Source: an uncultured Clostridia bacterium (GTDB lineage: Bacteria > Bacillota > Clostridia > Christensenellales > CAG-917). Taken from it: DNA of 44,986 nt. Of the stretch, positions 44,731 to 44,986 are shown piece by piece (positions within the stretch are counted from its first letter, which is position 1; every line of letters starts with the position of its first letter). The position numbers and the translations under genes are program-made. The notes beneath the pieces are model-generated. The model was not told the origin of the DNA. It saw only the letters and a program-made list of their open reading frames with translations, and ran no database searches. The stretch is taken from assembly GCA_947589395.1 (NCBI GenBank), contig CANQAA010000003.1, positions 1-44,986 of the forward strand, read 5' to 3'.

Positions 44731-44986
44731 GGCGACATATTGCGTTACGGCGACATATTGCGACAAAATCCGACATGATGCGACAATCCATTCGCTCCTG
44801 TCGACATAGTTCGACACAATATGGCAAAATGCGGCAATCTAATCGCTTGCTTCAACATAAAACGACATAAATCGACGAACTAACTGCTCGTTTCGGTAAA
44901 ATTCGACATAAATCGACTTAATGCGACCGACCCGTTCGCGCTTGTCGACATAAATCGACATAATATGACGAAATGCAACAATCTAA
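44731..44986 (+). repeat. Nested periodic array: CGACA pentamers every 10 bp, grouped in blocks of 3-4 with a ~51-bp super-period (truncated by the window end)
   Basis: Pentamer starts 44751/61/71/81, 44802/12/22/32, 44853/63/73, 44894/904/914/924, 44946/56/66/76. Confidence 0.9.

Noticed and set aside
44673-44870. 65-aa ORF over the CGACA array
   Set aside because: Its start codon is the -35 box, and a 10-bp period is incompatible with codon-level selection.

Overview
Chromosomal window from what looks like an uncultured gut Firmicute (Clostridia-like; inferred from gene content and sigma-A promoters, not from a marker gene). Left part: a divergent HxlR/NTF2-like pair, two convergent surface proteins sharing an uncharacterised ~110-aa domain, a bile salt hydrolase converging on an enoate-reductase-type flavoenzyme, an HTH-Fic gene with a palindromic operator, a MacB/LolD-type ABC transporter with a doubly anchored lipoprotein, queH and a C45 Ntn hydrolase. 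Middle: a REP-like element pair, two paralogous membrane proteins with a divergent XRE regulator, and an rpiB / Na+-type V-ATPase / FNT channel operon. Right part: a 3769-aa surface protein with an AT-rich N-terminal head, an AAA_14/DUF4143-type ATPase and a DUF2804-like gene. No rRNA, tRNA, transposase, integrase or cas gene was recognised. The most unusual signals are non-coding. (1) An array of ~45-bp variable-loop hairpins lies in the putative ~750-nt leader of the giant gene, and a solo copy of the unit sits in the loop of another REP-like element 23 kb away. (2) A nested 10-bp/~51-bp periodic CGACA array follows a strong promoter at the window end. (3) A G10 tract lies inside the -35/-10 spacer of a surface lipoprotein promoter (candidate phase variation). 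All family calls come from motif recognition by eye; no database search was run.
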